From Octopus sinensis (lineage: Eukaryota), in the NCBI RefSeq assembly GCF_006345805.1, contig NC_043008.1:44516001-44580000 (forward strand): DNA of 64,000 nt. Reading direction: 5' to 3'. The translations under genes and the position numbers were made by a program. Each line of letters starts with the position of its first letter. Within the stretch, counting starts at the first letter, position 1. Shown piece after piece: positions 13,805-27,690 of this stretch. A model generated the notes under the pieces. The model ran no database searches. It was not told where the DNA came from and saw only the letters and a list, made by a program, of their open reading frames with translations.

Positions 13805-14095
13805 TTTCTTTTCTTCTTCTTCTTCTTCTTCTTCTTTCTTCGTCTTCTTCTACTCTCTCTTCTTCTTTTCTTCTCTTCTTCTTCTTCTTCTTATTCTTCT
13901 TCTTCTTTTCTTCTTCTTCTTATTATTATTCTAAGTTATTCTTCCTATTGTTAATCATCACCATTATTGTTATTAATTATTATTATTATTATTATTATTA
14001 TATTAGTAATTATATTTTATTATTATTATTATTATTATATATTATTATATATAACTTGCTAGAGCATAATACATAATTTATATATATATATCTTA

Positions 14096-14144
<49 letters not shown>

Positions 14145-14346
14145 ACCAAGACAATGGTCCTTTTACATACTGAACACAGTTGGTAAAAATTATTAATTGC
14201 TATATATATATGTGTGTTGTGTGTGTGTGTGTATATGTTATATATATATATATAATATATAATATATATATATATATAATATATATTATAATATATATGT
14301 ATTTATATATGTATATGTTATATATATATATATAGTATATATATAC

Positions 14347-14387
<41 letters not shown>

Positions 14388-14394
14388 TATATAA

Positions 14395-14453
<59 letters not shown>
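13805..14453. repeat. (TTC)n, (ATT)n and (AT)n microsatellites
   Basis: Direct reading. Confidence 0.93.
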
Positions 14454-14456
<3 letters not shown>

Positions 14457-14457
14457 G

Positions 14458-14660
14458 TGTGTGCCAGTGTTTGCTTCCCTCAACATCGCTTGACAACCGA
14501 GGCTGGTTTGTTTATGTCCCTGTAACTTAGCGCTTTTGACAAAAAAAGAGATAGAATATGTGCTAGCCTTACAATGAATCAGTGCTGGAGTCGACTTGCT
14601 CGACTAAAGGCGGTGCTCCAGCATGGCCGCAGTCAAATTACTGAAACAAGTGAAAGAATA
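14458..14660 (+). mobile_element. SINE family A, 3' half
   Basis: acatcgcttgacaaccg ... gcggtgctccagcatggccgcagtcaaattactgaaacaag. Confidence 0.85.
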
Positions 14661-15816
14661 TATATACACACATTCCCACACATACATGCGCATTCACACA
14701 GGCTGTACACGTTCTTTCATTGTAAGAAAGTATAGTTTAATTTGAAGTTTTATCGATTATGTCTTTTGAGAAGCCCGACAACAATATGAAAGCTCCTTCG
14801 TAGCATCATGTCTAGTATGAACGTTTGGGTAGTAACCTTTCATTTCATATTAGAAATATTAAGTAGAATGAAGTGAATTTGCTTCAGTTATCAGAAGTTC
14901 ACTAACTACTGAATAATTGATGTGTTTGCAACGGTTCCACCAACACCAACAAATACTCAAACATACACATATACATTTGTGTGTGTGTGTCTGAAAGAAA
15001 GGGAGAGAAGGAGAGATGACGAGAGGGAGTGTGTGTCTGTGTATGAGCTAACCAATATAGGCTTCCTGATGTAATCTTTTGAATATATCTTATTCATTTT
15101 CCTCTTATATTACTGATACACAAATTTCCATATAGACTGCCTATTTAAGTGTAGATTCAAATATTTGTAGAATATTAAAAGAATGTCTACGTACGATATA
15201 TCGTAATTGTATTTACTAATGCTTCTTTTAAGTTCATATCTGTATTTACTGCTGTATATATTCAGTGCAATTGTTTGCTAGTTATCCATAAATGTTCAGT
15301 GATAACCGGAATGATTACCGAATGAAAACGAATGCTATATATTTCTCATTAGTTTCAACATTCCGGTTGTATTTTATAACTAAAATGCAGTTGCTATTAG
15401 GAAGAAGAATTATTTAGAAAACATTATAAAACTTTCAATTATTATACAGGGATTATTACATTTCTAAATTATCTCAATTGTTTCGCTGTTATATAATTTG
15501 CTTTGGCATGTACACTGCTCGAATTATTTACAACAAGGCAAAATTGTAGATGTATGTTCCTCGCACTAAATGCTTTGCTGTCGATATGTTTTATATTCTG
15601 TAGTATCTATGCACTACATGAAGACATGATATCCTCTGTTCAATGCCTCTACTGGACGCAAGTCATAAAAAGCTAACGTCCGTGACGTCATGATGATGTC
15701 CAGCACTTATTCCCTCAAGATATGCACAACCCCTGTTTCTCAGGTATATACAGAAATGATGGCTCAGCAGTTCCACGCAGTGAAATACAGACACACCTCA
15801 GTTTGGAAATAAATGC

Positions 15817-16140
15817 AGACTAAGGATATCAGCGATTGATAATTCGAAGTTACCAGGTAAATATCAAATTTGGTGCTTGTAGTTCGGCTTGTACCCGCGA
15901 CTTGCGTGGCCACTTTTAATATACGAAGTAGCATTGTCACGAGTTGAAAGCATTGAAAAAAAATGTAATGTGTTCATTAGAAAGTGGCTAGGCCTACCTC
16001 GTATGTTGAACAGCTCAGCTCTTTATCGTAAAAGAGGTTCATTGCAGCTACCAATAGCATCAATAGTCGAAATATATAAACTGGAGAAGATACGGACGGT
16101 CATGATGCTGAGAGAATCGAAGGATACGAAGGATATTTAA
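15817..16140 (+). mobile_element. Non-LTR retrotransposon RT C-terminal fragment, HERO-like (R2/NeSL superfamily), pseudogenised
   Basis: Frame reads IDNSKLPGKYQIWCL*FGLYPRLAWPLLIYEVALSRVESIEKKCNVFIRKWLGLPRMLNSSALY...LQLP; the LPGK..W....G..PR..WPLL.YEV and RKWLGLP motifs are typical of this clade; one in-frame stop. Confidence 0.8.
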
Positions 16141-16699
16141 ATCAGGCGTAAATCTAGCAAGCGGGGCCTCATATCAGTGAGGGGGGCTGGTGCGCATTGA
16201 TGCCGTCGAGAGGTAGGCCCCGAAACGGCGCGCATTCTCTCCTAATGATCCCATACACTTGCTAGCTTCCGGTATACGGAGCTTTTAACTGGTAGCACTT
16301 GCATGTGCAAGGTTTTTGCAAGACATATAAATTACATCATATGTCCGGCTAGCGTTACTGCTAAATAAGGCGTGGTCCGTTGATAGTATATATGTCTTAA
16401 TGTATGTCTGTATATGTTGGTTTCAGCTTTTGGCAAAAGTTCAGGTAATTCGTGAATGGTAAAAGGGGATGTTCGTCAGAGATAAGTCGACTCGTTCTGT
16501 ATCATTCTTGATATCATTTCTCGTCTCTCTAAGTCGGACTTTTTATAGACATATATAATTTTTTGATTTACATGCATTAAATATTTTTTGTATATTGATT
16601 TGCCTAACTTGCTTGGCCTTATATTTACTCCTCTAGCTCTTCAAGTTCAAATCTCTTTAGCATTACGAAATGTATTCTATACCAGAGAATGCCTGTCAC

Positions 16700-16807
<108 letters not shown>

Positions 16808-18179
16808 GGTTGCCTCTAAATTACATTTAGAATTTGAAAAATTTAGAAAAAGAATTAAGATAATTCACCAGTGATTATCGGAAAGCATTCACCAACAAAA
16901 TATCATAAGAAACATCAGAAAACCTTCCCACGTGCTTCACTCGTTGCACGCTACCTACTGATTTGTCCTTTATTCTTTTCAGATTTTTCTTTCTAATTGT
17001 AAAGGCAAATTATGGACTCATTGTAAATATGAGAATTATTTCATCTGAATCTTTCTGAAACATAGTTTTAGCGAGATGATTCGTATACCTTTTATAAGGA
17101 AGAATCTTACTGGTATATTTTCACCTCTTAGGCAACACAAGAATAAAGAACGAAGCCTAATCCAAGAGAACCAAATGGATTTGAAAATGTGTAAAATTTG
17201 GCGCGTTTATTTAGCAGAAAATGGCAGTCAAACCTGAATCTCGTACGAAATTTTCGAGTAACGACTTTTTTAACATTACCACATTTTCTTAAAGAAATAG
17301 ATAGAAGTAAATAAATCTCAGTCAATTTATTTGACTTTCTGTCGGTCTTTAAGAACATAACATTTAAGAACATACACATTTAAAAGAAAATACCTAGAAG
17401 CAAATACCAAGGTGAATAATTGGATGAAATACTTCTGAAAATTTGTACAAAACATTTATTAAAACCGATATGAGACAATCGAATTTTTAAATGGTTTTCC
17501 AGTTACGTCGTTTTCGAAGCAAAGTCGTATGTTTTGGAACAAATTACCGACGTAAGCTGAGGTATGCCTGTATTTCATTTACACATACCAAGTTCAGGTT
17601 CAGGGTAACTTTACTAATTCGAAATACACTGATCGATAAGATAAACACGATGTTGATAAAACATAGTAAGTAGTAGATATAGGTACGGGTGCGATGCAGA
17701 CGACAAAAGCCTAGACAAAAGGATATGCTCCAGCCTGGCCACAGAATAATGGTCGTTACTAGTAAAAAAATAAACCAATAGTCGATTATTTATGTCGCTC
17801 TAATTGTCTAATAACACTGAAGGAGCTCTTTGTTTTTGAAACATTATTTCCTATATCTGAAAGCAATGACATCACACGTGTATGATTAATGGCCGAAAAG
17901 AAAACAAAAACTGTAATAAAATGTAATTTATAGTCGCCATTACATTCTCATTTGACGGTTCAATCATGTATTGTAACTCTGTCACAGAAAATAAAATTAG
18001 GAATTAAATAAATGAAAAGAAATCTTAGGAATAGGAGACAGAGACAGGAATAATATAGTTTCTCGTCGGATGCAAAAAAGAAAAGTAAATATATGTACAA
18101 AAAATATATATGTATATATAAATGCAAACAGTAAACGACACAGACCCACAGTAATGATAAAAAAAAAATAAAAAAATAA

Positions 18180-18476
18180 AAATATAATAATAATATAATA
18201 ATAATAATAATATAATAATAATAATAACAATACAGTAATAACAATGACAACAACAACAATAACAATAACAACAATAACAATGACAACAACAACAATAACA
18301 ATAACAATAACAATAACAACAACAACAATAACAATAACAACAACAATGATAATAATTATAATGAAGATGTTGATGACGACGACGACGATGAGGATGAGGA
18401 TGACGATGATGATGATAATTACAGCAATGATGAAATATCTATAATAATAATGATGCTAATGACAATGGCTAGCAGC

Positions 18477-18516
<40 letters not shown>

Positions 18517-18530
18517 GTAGTAGTAGTAAC
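18180..18530. repeat. (AAT)/(AAC)/(GAT)/(AGT) trinucleotide mosaic
   Basis: Direct reading. Confidence 0.93.
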
Positions 18531-19643
18531 ATAGAAATGAGGCAAACATTTATTTAAGCATGAAAAAAAAAGATAGGGCGATCAAAAGGTTAAAGAAAAC
18601 ATTAGCGGAAATGGAAGGAAAATTCGAAGAGAAGGAAAATACGAAGAGCTGACTTGGAAATGAAAAGAAGGTTAAGAATTCATAACATATTTGACAGAAG
18701 AAGGAAAAAAAAAGAGTTGTTTGATCAAATTTCAAATATTTGCTGATTTGAATTAAATGTGAAACGTTTGCTTATTCACTGGGTGGAACCTTTTCAAAGA
18801 TAGTAAGATCTTGACAGTTTGGAATGGTTCCAGATTTATTCTGGAGAGATATGGCAGAAAATCAGAAATAGGATATCACTCGCGACGGAACGCGTATATA
18901 AACGTATTCGTTAGTTTACCGTGATTGGTGTGAAGTATAATGAGGCAGGAAACATACAATATCGCCGAAACTGAAACTTATCCAAAGGAAGAATGTATTT
19001 ATGGAAAATTATTGCAAAAAAGAGAAATGCTTTATTGTCAAAATCTGCAGGAAAAATTATTGCTTCAAAAGCAATGAATACAGAATTATCGGAAATATAC
19101 TAAGAAATTTCTAATACAAAAGGAAGGTAAAATAATGTTTATTATTGTAAAATTAACATAGAAGAAATTTAAATTAGTCACGTCTTGTGTTTGTTTGCAT
19201 CTGTATTTACTCTTTTAGATGTTTTAGTTATTGGACTGGGCCATACTGGAGCACCGTGTTGCCGGTTTAGTTGAGCAAATCGACCTCTCTCACAGCCACG
19301 CATATGCACAGACACACACAGACACACACAGGGACACACACACAGAGACACATAATTCTATATACATATAAAGATATGCCTTTATATATATATATGTATT
19401 TATGTTTCTCTTCTGTGTGTATTCTACTGACGGGTCAAAGCATTAATAAACGCAAAATCAGAAATCCGGGATGTAGAATTATCCAGTAATATTTTACTAG
19501 TTTCATCTTTTCTCTTTGTTATCTCTCCGTGTTGATATATGGACAATTGCTGGTTTTAGAGTCAGATCATGGCTGCTATTTTCAGCGTGGTGGTATCTCG
19601 TAAATACCCTAATTTATAATTTTAATAACATATACATATATAT

Positions 19644-19692
<49 letters not shown>

Positions 19693-19698
19693 GTATGT

Positions 19699-19770
<72 letters not shown>

Positions 19771-19840
19771 GTACATACGTATATATACATATATGCCTAT
19801 GTGTGTGTTTTTGCATGTATATACGCATACATTTACACAC

Positions 19841-19875
<35 letters not shown>

Positions 19876-19894
19876 GTATATGTATATATATAAA

Positions 19895-20130
19895 AGAATT
19901 TATTGCATAATGAGATAAAAACCAAGGCTGTGTAGATATTAGAACATTTATATATAGAAGGTCTTACACCTGTTTCCAAGATATTTATTAATTATATTAA
20001 TTCATCAGAGAGGGTGTGAGAGGATGGTTAAGTAATAATTAATTTAGATAGGTTAGAAAATAAAGAATGAGGTGGAGGAAAGAAAATAGATGAGAGATAT
20101 GTAGGGATATTGAATTTGTAGATCCATTTT
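19895..20130 (-). mobile_element. Penelope-like short element with a minimal hammerhead motif at 19961-20012
   Basis: Minus strand reads tct CTGATGA attaatataattaat..ttg GAAAC aggt GTA aga: intact core and GUA site, stem I tct/aga, near-palindromic stem III; adjacent to (AT)n. Confidence 0.5.
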
Positions 20131-20679
20131 TACGTATGTATTGGCCTTGACACTGTGTCCATCTTCCATCTCACAAGGCATTGCTTGCCTCGAGACAGTA
20201 GTCGAGGAAATGGCTTTAAATGTCCTGCGGGAACATTGAACTTGAATCCACGTGGTTGCAAAACAAACTTTTAACCGACAGTCATACCTTCTCTATTTTC
20301 GAAGTTATGAATATTCGTTGGAGATTGTAGCAAGAATGAGTACAGACTAACTACAATTACGTCATGCATATTCTGGTAAATATCAAAATTTTGTACGTTG
20401 TTTACATGTATTACTGATATTTGGAAAATAATAGAGTTCAGCGTTTGAAAGGGCAACTAGGTACGCACGAATTAAATATAATTCCTCTCTATGATTTCAT
20501 AACACTTCTTAGATAAGGTGTCTTAGAAAAATAGACTGATTGTTAATTTTAGTCGATAATTATTCAAATAAATACAATCAATTTATATTACTTTGACAGG
20601 GAAAATAACGATATATTTTCAAATTATTCTGTTCATTATCATTGTTGTAGTTGCTGCTGTTGTTGTTGCTACGTCTGAG

Positions 20680-20800
20680 AATATAGCCGTCATCATCGAC
20701 TGACATTTTAGTCGGGGAAAAGGTTTTGATCAGTTGCAGAGAAACACTGCAAAATACGATATTACAATCTGCAGGAGACTCACTGAGCAGTAAGTAATTC
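20680..20800 (+). mobile_element. Decayed RTE-like LINE endonuclease fragment
   Basis: GKGFDQLQRNTAKYDITI, then frameshifted LQETH* (LQETH/RW motif of APE domains). Confidence 0.45.
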
Positions 20801-22479
20801 TAAAGGTAGTGAAATATCAAATATCAATGAAAGACTATGCGAAAATATAATAAAAATCATTGAAACAAAAGGACACTAATTTATCATAAGTCAATTGCGT
20901 AAAATGGATGTTGAAAACATTGTACAGTATATGTATAACGCTAAAATCAATAGCTATGTGAACTGTTATAGTATGGCGCTGTACTAAAATATCACGAAAA
21001 TTCCTTTCTTCAACTCTGCTGTAACACAATGTATTTTTAATTTATCCAATAAAATGTAATTGAAAAAAAGTATAACGAATAAAAGACAAGAACTTTAGCA
21101 GCTTCCTATTTTGGATAATCACTCATTAAATTTCAAAATAAATGAAGTTTCCAATATTCTAGGAATATAGTTATACGAACTTTCTAAAGTTACATCAAAA
21201 GTTGCTGTGATTAGTTTGATTTGTATCGGATGAAAACAATATTCCATTTCGATAATGTTATAATCAAAGATGAAAATACGTAGAAAAGCAAAATATTTCT
21301 GTTCGAAATATAGATTTAAAAATAACTCTCCAACATTAGATAAGACGCATGATTCGAACTTTAGTAACCAAATACTGAACTTTTAATAATTGAATTGATT
21401 TTACGTCAAGTTACCTCAGAGCTATTCGAAAATAAAACAGTCGTGATTTCAAATACGTTAATTATTTTGCGTTAAATATTAATTTACGAATAGTTTTACT
21501 GTACTGAGACTAATTCTTATGTATTTACTTCTTTCTATTGCAGTGGAACCATTGAAATCGATGGCAAATTTTACCATGGCATATCAGAATCAAACGAAAA
21601 TTTGCTTTGCAAGAATCAACACACAAAAATTCAACCTCAAACAATATGATGGGTGCTGGATATCAGATATATAATTTATTATGGCATAATCGTTAGAGGA
21701 TGTTTTCGTTGTTTTTGTGGTAAATCCACAAAGTAGCTTCATCCTGATTTGCGTCTACGTAAGGATGTAGGTAAAGAAAATATATATCTCATCAATACAG
21801 CGCGTGAAATGATTTAAGAGAACACGTGGTAGGAAAATAGTACCAATGCCACGCGAAAAAATAGAACGGAAAATGTGCAATGGAAATAAATACGAGTAAG
21901 AAAGAAGAAACTATTTCACGTCTCGCATGAAAACCTTTTATTAAAGGGAAGGAAAAACGGTATGAAGCAAGTGGAAGATGTTCAACATCTACAGAAATGA
22001 TAATGTATTTCTAAGTACGCTTCGCTCTATACATATATACATATACAGAGGCTAGTATTGTGAGCTCCTCATCTCCTCTCTGATTTCCATTACCGCTCAT
22101 TTTCTTCGCCTGGTATTCTTCTCTTCCCACCCTCTGTTTGTCATTGTTCCGTTTTCTTCAAATCAATATTTCTCTCTCATTATTTATACTATTTCTCTGT
22201 TTCTCATTCAATCTCCTCCCCATCTCACCCAGTTTCCCATCACTGTCACTCATATAGTGTTTCCACTTCCAATCCTTCTGTCTCACTGTCTAACATCTGT
22301 TTTATAAGGGACCAGCAATGCAAACAAGCATTCTAAATTACGTATTGTGTATATTTTCACCTTCCGTCTGTGTTTAATCACATTGTTTTTTCTGTCTGAC
22401 AAAAGAATAGGCCAATACGTCAGACCCATTGTGGTTTCGTACATTCAAATACATTTAGTCCACTCGAAATCCTCCCTTT

Positions 22480-22790
22480 AGATCTGGTTATTTTTGAAAC
22501 AGGACAGCATATTACGGAATCTAATATCGTTAAGTAAATTTTGCATCTGAGGCTTGGGCAACTGCATATATTGTCATGTTCTGTACCAAAAATAGTGCAC
22601 TAAATGCAGAGAATACAATAATAAGGCTATACCAGCAGCTCGATTCAAATTTGCACATGCAGATTAAGGAGCATTTCAAAAAACCTGCGCCATCGTTTCC
22701 GGATAATATCAGGATTTATAAGAATATCTTTAAGGATGTATTTCCTATCTTGTAGGTACGAACTGTGAGTTATATTCTTATAATAGTGTT
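22480..22790 (-). mobile_element. Decayed RTE-like LINE ORF2 fragment
   Basis: ILINPDIIRKRWRRFFEMLLN matches the RW.EYF..LLN linker motif of RTE ORF2; downstream SVICCPV resembles the IIP.FKK motif. Confidence 0.55.
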
Positions 22791-24774
22791 CTAATCTCTC
22801 ACCAGTCGCTGACAACATTTGATCCATGGCTAAAGAATACTATGACCTCGCTATCTCTTCTACTAACATTGCTGCTACTACCACAGCTACTGGAGATACA
22901 GCTACTACTAGAACTGCAACTGGTGCTACAACAACTAATGCCCCTTCTCTTATTGTTACTCTTACTCTCGCTACTGCTACCACCAACGCTACCGCCGCTC
23001 ATACAAGTAGTATTGAGCATTAGTATCACAACACGAAATTAGTTTTAAAAACACTTTTCAGAGAAGCTTTTCATCACTAAATCTTTTACCATTGACATCA
23101 TCTGCAATATAGCCAAGTCTTCCACTTCGTCATACACATTGAAAGAGAAAAATTAAACGAGAACAAAATATGTTTGAAGTTGTATTCCTCGGTTAACAAT
23201 TCCTTTCAATTATAAATAATTGTTGCGTAAGGTTTCTTATTTTATTTTGTTTGTATTTAATTCCAGAAACCACATAACAAGTGTTGGTTATTTCAAGTAA
23301 TAATTATTTTCGAAATTGCTGTATAAAGTTTACATACAAGTTTTCGTTTGTTTTTTCTTGTTGCTGCGACATTAATATAGAAATATAAATTGTAAAAGCA
23401 TTAAACGCCATTTTAGATGTTTTATTGATAGATTTTATTTTATTCTTTTTTGTATATTTTATTTTACTCTATTTCTATTAAAACATTATTTCTTCTTTCA
23501 TTATGTCAAGTTCGAACCCATCTGAGAAAAATGCTATTTTCTGAACTTTTATCTTTCAGCTGCAAATAACGGTGTTTTTAATTTTCTCTAATTGTCAGCT
23601 TGCAATAGAATAAATGCATTGAACTCTTGGAAATGACATTACACATTACCTTTCAACAGATGGTATCACAGAACCACCGTGGATTGTTTTTATTTCTTAA
23701 TAGGAATTCTTCTGACGCTACGCTACCTTCATATAAACAGAATCCTTAAATACGAAAACCGTGAACTCGTTGTCCGTATATTTCTCAACAAAAACGTCCT
23801 CGAATGTATTCTGAGCACCAATAACTAAAAGCTTCTATTTTGCTTTATTTTCGTATGTTTGTTTGTTTGTTTTTATTTGGAAATGCAATGGATGTTCAGA
23901 ATGCTTACAGAATTCCGTCCACATAATATGGATCATGAAGGGATTTTCTATGATAAAATAGATCCCACATGATATTATGGCTTTCTGGGTATCTTAGATA
24001 ATCGTTAGTTCCTTTTCCTGTTATAGTTTGAATATCAGATGTTTGTGCCAATCTTCGTTTTAGTGGACCGTTTACAATTAAGAAAAGAAGGAAAAATATT
24101 AAAACATTAATTAGCAATTATTTGTTCATGCATGAGAAAAACATTTTGTAAAAACCTATTCTTCATCCCGTATCTTGAACGCATGAGTACGTATTGTGCA
24201 GAATTTGTTATAATTTCGATGAATCACAATTCAATGTGTAACTTCATATATATTTCATAAATCAGAATGACGAAATTTATATAAGTCTAAAGAAGAATTT
24301 AAAAAACGAGGTAATTGGACATACTCAACTACGACAAGGTATTTAGTTAGATTCTCGACCATTCCTGCTTTCCACCCACCTTATATCTCATATCTTATCT
24401 ACTGACAACACAAGTCATATTTCTATGCTATACGTAATATTTCATTTAAGCTACAACTTCCATTACATATTTTATTTAAGCTACCTTTTCTACCGTGGAA
24501 ATTCTACATCATCAGCTGATAACTGAAGATCAAAAAAACGTCCACACATTCAGATTATTTGATACACTGTGAACAACATAAGCCACTTAATGATTCCTAG
24601 GATCACGGTGCTTTGACAATACCAGAAACAATAATACGTTATCCTTCCTCGCTTTCATGTATTGGACTCATTAAATCAGACACAAATACGATCACATCCA
24701 TGATGAACAGCATTAATTTGTTTCACTGCGGAGGGTACCAAGACACTTGCATTGCTAGAAATAAGAGTTTGTAG

Positions 24775-24945
24775 CGTGTGCGTGGCTGCGTAGTGAGACG
24801 TTCGCTTCACAGCGACACAGGTCCGGGTTCAGTCCTATAGCGTGGCACCTTCAGCGTGTGTCTTCTTCTATCGTCTAGGGTCAGCCAAAATGTAAGTAGG
24901 TTTGGTAGACGGAAACTGTAAGAAGCCTGTCGTCTGTATGTATAC

Positions 24946-25032
<87 letters not shown>

Positions 25033-25195
25033 TGTGTGTGTCTGTACTCCTCATCGCTTACGTCCCAGTAACTTAGCGGTTTGGCAAAGATAACAATTGA
25101 ATAATGTACTGGAGTCGATTCGTTCGAACGAAAATCTCTCCATTGCGATGCCTTTACATGTCCGCAGTCTTCATTACTGAAACAAGAGATGAGAT
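24775..25195 (+). mobile_element. SINE family A with internal (GT)n
   Basis: Head, ggtagacggaaactg..agaagcc, (GT)n, taacttagcggtt, tail actgaaacaag. Confidence 0.85.
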
Positions 25196-26194
25196 GAACG
25201 ATAATATATATATTATGGTGAACTAAAAAATTGAATGTAAATTTTGAGGATGCAACTAATGCGAAAAAACGCGCGATTTAAGTTATGTTATGTTTGTTGT
25301 TCGTTGTTGCGGTTTGTAGAGTACTTTACATTCATATAAGCTAGAAATTTCATAGATAGAACCATGATTAGATGCATGATTAGAGAATTATTCATTGCAT
25401 AGATATTTTTACATCATAACCAGATGCAATAACAAGCTAAATTTTCTCTTTAATATGCAGAATAAAATTAACTTATTTTGAGTCACCCAATATTTGTTTT
25501 TACCTAACTGATCAGCAGCTTTGAAGTTTAATTACACACAAAGCAAAATCAATTGATATGAATTTTAAAAAAATATTTGCTTTCTATATACACTGACTGC
25601 AAAGTATTTAAGAGTTTCCCACGCATTAATAGCAAAATTCTAAATTAAACTTGCATTTATACTGGTGTTTATTAATTAATTAAACACTCACAACCATTAC
25701 GCAGACGAATACACACTTCAATTGAAGAGTGCGCTGTGCTTCAGATAAATATTCAAAAGCTAGAAAACTCTTGTCAAGTGGAAATGTGGGTAATTATAAA
25801 ACGACGTGGCTCCCAAATTGCACAAACCTATACAGGACAATGCAAATTTAATTTCTGTTTTCTAAAAGATATAATGGTATTTCTAGTCTTGTTCACATGT
25901 CTCGTGGCGGCTAAAATCAAATAAATATGCAACGTCTCTGAAGGATAGAAGCGCAGAAAATTACAAATGGTTGCAGAAAGTTCTTTTGATGTGGTTATAA
26001 TAATTCATAATAGTTATCTATCAACCATTCAGTTTATAAAAGACACGCTGTCATGTATTGTCATGACAACGCTGTGGCATACATTTGTAATTACCAAAGA
26101 CAAAATACACAGGCACACACATATACACATGCACGCACACGAGTGAGTACATATGTGCATGTGTGCACATATGTGCATATATATATCATGCACC

Positions 26195-26290
26195 AAATAG
26201 CAATTGCTAAAAAGCATTCGTGAAGCAAAATCATGTAGCAACACCAAATGGCCCCAGCATGGCCACAGCTCGTGAGCTGAAATTAGATAA

Positions 26291-26292
<2 letters not shown>
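26195..26292 (+). mobile_element. 3' tail of a CR1/L2-group LINE
   Basis: gccccagcatggccacagctcgtgagctgaaa resembles the tail at 51585-51622. Confidence 0.6.
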
Positions 26293-26335
<43 letters not shown>

Positions 26336-27344
26336 CTTAAACATATATACGTACGATGAAAAAAGGGGGGGGGCAAACACTGTTTTTTTCTTTTTTCAAT
26401 TTTATTCATATTCCTAAGATGATACGAGAAAATTGGGAAACCAAAGTGGTAAAGTTAAAGCTTACCATCGACGCAATTTTGTTTGAAGATAGACTGAAGA
26501 GAAAGAAGAGAAGACACAAGAAAACATAACGGAACTATGCAAAAGAGAAAGGAATTAATAAATTATACAACAGAAAAAATCTCTACAAACTATTATATCA
26601 AAATCTTGATTTAAAATAAAAAGAGTGATTATATAAAGTATGAAAACGATACTGGAAAAATATTTGTAAATAAGGAAAGGTTACAATTAGAGCTAAACAA
26701 TTAAAATAGATTTACTGTCGTTAACTGAAGTTTATAAAGAATACCAAAAACTTAAAACGTGAACCAAACGTGAATGATTTCCTTATTGATGCACGTTAAT
26801 TCATCAAATTTCTTAATAATCACAGACGATTCAGCGTATATTTTATGCAAAAATACGGTGCAGCTATTAAATGAGGTGTTTTTATTCATAATTCTTCGAC
26901 TATAGTAATTATAGATTTTTTCCTGTTTCTCCCACTATATTTTATTATTCTTTCGTTCCAATTATTATTCTCTTTATTTATTGTATTTTAGAGAGAGAAA
27001 CAGTGATATGGAGATTATGATGGTCAGTTTAAGTAGAAAGGGTTTTAAAGACAATATTTATTCTATTTATATGAAAGGGAAACCAGGAAATACTAAGTTC
27101 AGTACTCGACCTTGTATCAACGAGACACCAATAACATTTTGACGAGCTTGTGTGGAAGCCTGTACAACAGCACGCCACAGGCAAGAAATAGATGCTAAAT
27201 ACTCTCAAAACACATGTTCGATCTCCGAAAGAACAGAGTGGAGAAAAGTGTAACTAATAAACTAATTCCAGAAAAGTGACTGCTGGAATGCCACCCATCA
27301 TAAAGCTGTTCCATCTTGGCTGTTTGAACTGGAAATGCAAAGAA

Positions 27345-27479
27345 CGTGGCTGTGTGGTAAGTAGCTTGTTTACCAACCACATGGCCCTGGGTTCAGTCCC
27401 ACTGCGTGGCAACTTGAGTAAGTGTATTCTGCTGTAGCCTCGGGAGTGGATTTGGTAGACGGAAACTGGAAGAAGCCCG

Positions 27480-27537
<58 letters not shown>

Positions 27538-27690
27538 GTGGTGTGTGTGTGTGTGTGTGTGTATGTGCGTGTGTATCGGTGTTTGTCCCCCCAACATCGC
27601 TTGACAACCGATGCTGTTGTGTTTATGTCCCCGTAATTTAACGGTTCGGCAGCATGGCGGCATTCAAGTGACTGAAACAAGTAAAGAGAA
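27345..27690 (+). mobile_element. SINE family A with an internal deletion
   Basis: gtggctgtgtggtaagtagcttg..gggttcagtcccactgcgtggc, (AT)n(GT)n, tail. Confidence 0.9.

Noticed and set aside
14138-14192. tgaacacagttggt resembling miR-317 within a small inverted repeat
   Set aside because: The 3' half differs from miR-317, the seed side does not pair with the opposite arm, and it is embedded in (AT)n.
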